Of a stretch of 64,000 bases of DNA, positions 59,952 through 64,000 are shown one piece after another. The notes below the pieces were generated by a model that was not told where the DNA came from, did not search any database, and worked only from the letters and a program-made list of their open reading frames with translations. This DNA is from a candidate division WOR-3 bacterium. Its GTDB lineage: Bacteria; Hydrothermota; Tepidihabitantia; Tepidihabitantales; Tepidihabitantaceae. The first letter of the stretch is position 1, and every line of letters begins with the position of its first letter. Both the position numbers and the translations under genes were made by a program. The stretch spans positions 44,090 to 108,089 of the forward strand of contig CBFGIT010000009.1 in NCBI GenBank assembly GCA_965648905.1. The letters are read 5' to 3'.

Positions 59952-60806
59952 ATGACCGTTGCCATCGCCTCGGGCAAAGGCGGAACCGGTAAGACCACGG
60001 TCGCGGTCAACCTTGCCCGCGTGCTCGACGCGCCGGTGCAACTGCTTGACTGCGATGTCGAGGAGCCGAATGCCCACCTGTTCCTGAACGGGTCAGCGCA
60101 GACTCAGGAGGTCGTGACGATTCCGGTGCCGGTAGTGGACGAGAGCATCTGTGACGCCTGCGGCGAGTGCAGCCGATTCTGCCCGTACCACGCCATCGTC
60201 GCGTTCGGCACCAAGCCGCTTGTTTTCCCCGAGATGTGCCACGGGTGCGGCGGGTGCGTGAGGGTCTGTCCGCGCCGGGCAATCACCGAGCAGGGACGCC
60301 GGATTGGGGTGGTTGAAACATCGCGGGTCGGCCGCATCACGCTCGTAACCGGCCGGCTCGATGTCGGTGCGGCGATGGCGCCCCCGCTTATTCGAGCCGT
60401 GAAGTCCTGCCGGCACGGCGATTTAGACATGATACTCGACGCCCCACCCGGAACCTCGTGTCCGGTCATCACCACCCTGGCCGGCGCTGATGCGGTTGTG
60501 CTGGTCACGGAGCCGACACCGTTCGGCTTGAATGACCTCGTGCTGGCTGTTGACATGGTGCGAGAGCTCAGGATTCGGTTCGGCGTGGTGGTCAACCGGG
60601 TCGGTATCGGCGACGACCGGGTGCACCGGTTCTGCCGCGAACAAGACATTCCAATCCTGCTCGAACTGCCGGATGACCGGCGCATCGCCGAAGCCTATTC
60701 GCGCGGCGAGCTTGCGGTCGGAGCCCTGCCCGAGTATCGCGAGCACTTCTTGAAGCTATGGAGCAGCGTATTAACAACCAGGGAGGCGATTGGTGCCCAC
60801 GTATGA
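59952..60806 (+). CDS. MinD-like P-loop ATPase with inserted 2x[4Fe-4S] ferredoxin
   Basis: ASGKGGTGKTT, DCDVEEPN, CxxCxxCxxxCP twice, DAPPGTSCP. Confidence 0.9.
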   Translation: MTVAIASGKGGTGKTTVAVNLARVLDAPVQLLDCDVEEPNAHLFLNGSAQTQEVVTIPVPVVDESICDACGECSRFCPYHAIVAFGTKPLVFPEMCHGCGGCVRVCPRRAITEQGRRIGVVETSRVGRITLVTGRLDVGAAMAPPLIRAVKSCRHGDLDMILDAPPGTSCPVITTLAGADAVVLVTEPTPFGLNDLVLAVDMVRELRIRFGVVVNRVGIGDDRVHRFCREQDIPILLELPDDRRIAEAYSRGELAVGALPEYREHFLKLWSSVLTTREAIGAHV

Positions 60807-61056
60807 GTACGAATGTAAGGCCTGTGGCCGGCGGTTCGAACTGGAGCAGACCATGAAAGACGCTCCGGCCGGGACGTGTCCGCACTGCGGCGGCAGAGTC
60901 CGGCGTCTGATAAGCGGCGGCTCAGGCTTTGTCATCAAAGGCGGCTCGGGCCGGCTCGGACGCACCGGTGGCTGCTCGCTCGAATCCGAAGGACACACCT
61001 GCTGCGGCCGGAACGAACGGTGCGGCAAGCCGGAGTGTGGCGGCAGCAGAGAGTGA
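60793..61056 (+). CDS. FmdB family zinc-ribbon protein
   Basis: MPTYEYECKACG...CPHCGG..RRLIS. Confidence 0.85.
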   Translation: MPTYEYECKACGRRFELEQTMKDAPAGTCPHCGGRVRRLISGGSGFVIKGGSGRLGRTGGCSLESEGHTCCGRNERCGKPECGGSRE

Positions 61057-61069
61057 GCACAGGCAGGAC

Positions 61070-61969
61070 ATGAAGGAACTGACCGTCATCAGCGGCAAGG
61101 GCGGAACCGGCAAGACCAGCATTGCCGCTTCGTTCGCGGTGCTGGCCCGGCCTGCGGTCATCGCCGACTGCGACGTGGACGCGGCCGACCTGCACCTAGT
61201 CTTGTCGCCCGAGGTTCTCGAACGACACCGGTTCCGGAGCGGGCACGAAGCGGTAATCCGTCAGCAGGATTGCATTCGCTGCGGTCTCTGCGCGACCTAC
61301 TGTCGGTTCGACGCCGTGAAGACGACCGAAAAGGTGCCGGGCGAGCCCGGGTTTGCCATTGACCCGGTCGCGTGCGAAGGGTGCGGGGTGTGCGTGCGAT
61401 TCTGCCCGGCAAAGGCGATTGACTTCCCGGAGCGGCTCTGCGGCGAGTGGATGGTGTCGAGGACCCGTTGCGGCCCGATGGTCCATGCCCGGCTCGGCGT
61501 GGCTGCCGAGAACTCAGGCAAGCTCGTATCGACGGTCCGGCGCGAAGCCAGACATATCGCCGAGAAAGAAGGATATTCGCTGGTCATTGTCGACGGCCCG
61601 CCCGGCATCGGCTGCCCGGTTATCGCCTCGGTGACCGGTGCCTCGCAGGTGCTCGTGGTCACCGAGCCGACCGTCTCGGGCGAGCACGACACGGAGCGGG
61701 TACTCGCCCTGGCCCGTCACTTCAACATCCCGGCCGCGTTGTGCGTCAACAAATGGGACATCAACCCGGCGATGACCGAACGAATCGAAGACCATGCCCG
61801 CGCGTCAGGAACTCGAACTACCGGCCGCATCCGCTACGACCGCGGTGTAACCACGGCGCAGCTTGAGCAGCGTGCCGTAGTCGAGACCGCGAGCTCGTCC
61901 GCCGAAGACATCAGGAACATCTGGTACCAACTCGAAGAACAGGAGCGGCAACATGCCAAGTCAAACTGA
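61070..61969 (+). CDS. MinD-like P-loop ATPase with inserted 2x[4Fe-4S] ferredoxin
   Basis: ISGKGGTGKTS, DCDVDAADL, two ferredoxin motifs, ENSGKLV, DGPPGIGCP. Confidence 0.9.
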   Translation: MKELTVISGKGGTGKTSIAASFAVLARPAVIADCDVDAADLHLVLSPEVLERHRFRSGHEAVIRQQDCIRCGLCATYCRFDAVKTTEKVPGEPGFAIDPVACEGCGVCVRFCPAKAIDFPERLCGEWMVSRTRCGPMVHARLGVAAENSGKLVSTVRREARHIAEKEGYSLVIVDGPPGIGCPVIASVTGASQVLVVTEPTVSGEHDTERVLALARHFNIPAALCVNKWDINPAMTERIEDHARASGTRTTGRIRYDRGVTTAQLEQRAVVETASSSAEDIRNIWYQLEEQERQHAKSN

Positions 61970-62891
61970 ACCAGACCCGAAGACCTCCGAAACTCCAACT
62001 GCCTGCGACACCTGTGAGAACAAGGACTGCTCGACGGCCCAGCGCCGGGCCGGGGAAAGCGAGCAGGATTTCGAGGACCGACAGCAACTCGAGTCACGGC
62101 TCTGCCGCATCAAGCACCGGGTCGTCGTGCTGTCGGGCAAGGGCGGTGTCGGCAAGAGCACCATTGCCGTCAACCTCGCGGTCGCCCTGATGCTTGAAGG
62201 AAAGAAAGTAGGCCTGCTCGACGCCGATATTCACGGGCCGAGCATCCCTACCATGCTCGGACTCGAGGGCGCACAACTCGAAGGCAGCCCTGAGGGTCTG
62301 GTTCCGGCCCGGGTCGGCGGGCTCAAGGTCATGTCAATCGGTTTCTTCCTCGGCAACCCGGACGATGCGGTCATCTGGCGCGGGCCTCTGAAGATGGGCG
62401 TCATCCGGCAGTTCCTGAAAGACGTGGCCTGGAGTGACCTTGACTACCTGATAATCGACTCGCCGCCCGGCACCGGCGACGAGCCGCTTTCGGTCTGCCA
62501 ACTGGTCGGCCGGCTCGACGGCGCAATCATCGTCACCACGCCCCAGAAAGTCGCGGCGGTCGACGTGCGCAAGTCCATCACCTTCTGCCGCAAGCTCGGG
62601 GTGCCGGTGCTCGGCGTGGTCGAGAACATGAGCGGCTTTGCCTGCCCGAAGTGCGGCACGGTCACGCCTGTCTTCCGCTCCGGGGCCGGAGCGCAAATCA
62701 GCCGGGACATGCTCGTGCCGTTCCTTGGTGCTGTCCCGCTGGACCCGAAGATTGCCGAAGCCTGCGACAAAGGTGAGGCCTTTCTGCACAACTACTCATC
62801 ATCACCTGCTGCCCAGGCCATGCTGGCAGTGGTCCGGCCATTGCTCGAACTGGATGACAGACACGATACTGAAAGGAAGAACAGACCATGA
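61953..62891 (+). CDS. Mrp/ApbC/NBP35 Fe-S carrier ATPase
   Basis: SGKGGVGKST, DADIHGPS, IWRGP, DSPPGTGD, ENMS..CPKC. Confidence 0.92.
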   Translation: MPSQTEPDPKTSETPTACDTCENKDCSTAQRRAGESEQDFEDRQQLESRLCRIKHRVVVLSGKGGVGKSTIAVNLAVALMLEGKKVGLLDADIHGPSIPTMLGLEGAQLEGSPEGLVPARVGGLKVMSIGFFLGNPDDAVIWRGPLKMGVIRQFLKDVAWSDLDYLIIDSPPGTGDEPLSVCQLVGRLDGAIIVTTPQKVAAVDVRKSITFCRKLGVPVLGVVENMSGFACPKCGTVTPVFRSGAGAQISRDMLVPFLGAVPLDPKIAEACDKGEAFLHNYSSSPAAQAMLAVVRPLLELDDRHDTERKNRP

Positions 62892-63226
62892 GAATCGCCA
62901 TTCCGCTTGCTGATGGAAAGCTGTGTCCCCACTTCGGCCACTGCCAGCAGTTTGCCCTGCTGGACATCGACGAGCAGACCGGCGCAGTCACACGCAAACA
63001 ACTGCTTGTGCCCCCGCCGCACGAACCGGGCGTACTGCCGCGCTGGCTCCACGAGCAGGGCGCGAACGTGATTATTGCCGGCGGCATGGGCAACCGCGCC
63101 CAGCAGTTGTTTGTTCAGAACGGCATCAAGGTCGTGGTCGGCGCACCGGCCGAGCAACCTGAGAAGCTCGTTGCGGACTACGTTGCCGGGACCCTAAAGA
63201 CCGGCTCCAACCTCTGCGACCACTGA
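62888..63226 (+). CDS. NifB/NifX family protein
   Basis: HFGHC, PPPHEPG, AGGMG, N.CDH. Confidence 0.88.
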   Translation: MRIAIPLADGKLCPHFGHCQQFALLDIDEQTGAVTRKQLLVPPPHEPGVLPRWLHEQGANVIIAGGMGNRAQQLFVQNGIKVVVGAPAEQPEKLVADYVAGTLKTGSNLCDH

Positions 63227-63598
63227 ACAGTGAACGAGCGACTTGCCCAACGCTGGCAAGGTCAGCGGAGGGAAGTAGCCAGACCGCAATCGCGGCTGCA
63301 AGCCGTCCCCACAGCGGACTCGTCGACGTCCGATGCCGGTTCTGCCTTCTGTATTCTGGCCTCTGACTTCTGAATTCGCCCGGCTGCTCAACCGGCCCGG
63401 GCATGTTCAGACGGTTCTAGGTCACGGCACTAGTCTACACATATTGTAACCCACTGGCAACCAGTCGCGTTGCCTCAGAAATAATCTACCCGAGACCGAC
63501 CCGTTGCCTCAGGTCCCTAGTTCGTCACGGTCGCGCCAACAATAGCAGCTACCCAGGCGATTCATATACTATCTTCGTTACCGAAAGGAGAAGCGCCC

Positions 63599-64000
63599 GT
63601 GGTAGCTGCAATACCAGATGGAGTCTACTCGATGAAGACTAGAAAGTCCATCGTCCTGGCCAACGCCCCGAAGTTTCGGTCCGGTGACCGAAAGCTTAAG
63701 TCCCAGCTCCTCGATGAACTGACCTGCATCCTCAAGCTCAACCGGAAGTACCTCGCTCTGCTCCTCCGTAACGCCGGCCGCCGCATCTCCACACCCGATG
63801 GCACAACGGTCATCGCTGACCCCGACCTCTCGCTCACCTCACACCGGGGCCGCAAGAAGCGCTACTCGATGAACCTCGTCCCACCGCTGCTCGTACTCTG
63901 GAAGCTGGCCCGCTGCGTCTCTTCACGCCACCTCGTCGCCTTCGTCCGACTCCACCACCAGCAGCTCTTCCTCCACCCCAAGCTCCGTAACCTCCCACCC
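63599..64000 (+). mobile_element. transposase N-terminus (ISNCY-like, integrase-core type), runs off window
   Basis: AAAGGAG RBS and GTG start; MKTRKSIV...KLKSQLLDEL..ILKLNRKYLALLL...RGRKKRYS...LLVLWKLARCVSSRHL resembles the K..ILDE...RKYA..LL...GR...Y...W N-terminus of this family. Confidence 0.65.

Overview
GC-rich bacterial chromosomal window. The many secreted proteins ending in T9SS/FlgD-like C-terminal sorting domains, including CARDB+kelch proteins, suggest candidate phylum WOR-3 or a related FCB-group lineage (inference only). It contains: a hypothetical gene plus two DUF2791/BrxD-like ATPases at the left edge; GT2/PlsY-like genes, accD and a MalK-type ATPase; eight secreted proteins with C-terminal sorting domains; a TetR-TolC-MFP-RND efflux operon; rtcB, uvrC, an MNT-HEPN pair, a serpin, an FGE-sulfatase/CLec protein, an S8 protease, nadC, a PAS kinase/receiver pair, an orphan V-ATPase subunit D and hisS; a TonB receptor/ArsC/MATE/DUF134-Fe-S metal cluster; and a transposase start at the right edge. 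The most unusual signals are: (1) a family of apparently non-coding intergenic arrays with strict 12-nt periodicity, in which only about 2 nt per unit are conserved; two copies share a palindrome-anchored leader with an identical 69-nt spacing, and a similar periodicity lies upstream of the transposase; (2) an in-frame UGA followed by a SECIS-like hairpin in a secreted beta-propeller protein; (3) a relic DGR template repeat with adenine-biased mismatches to the CLec target and no RT or avd in the window; (4) palindromic or heptamer repeats inserted in frame in uvrC, rtcB and a secreted protein; (5) a Cys-rich RSPP uORF ahead of a TonB receptor; (6) widespread leaderless promoter architecture. 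All family assignments are from motif recognition by eye, not database searches.
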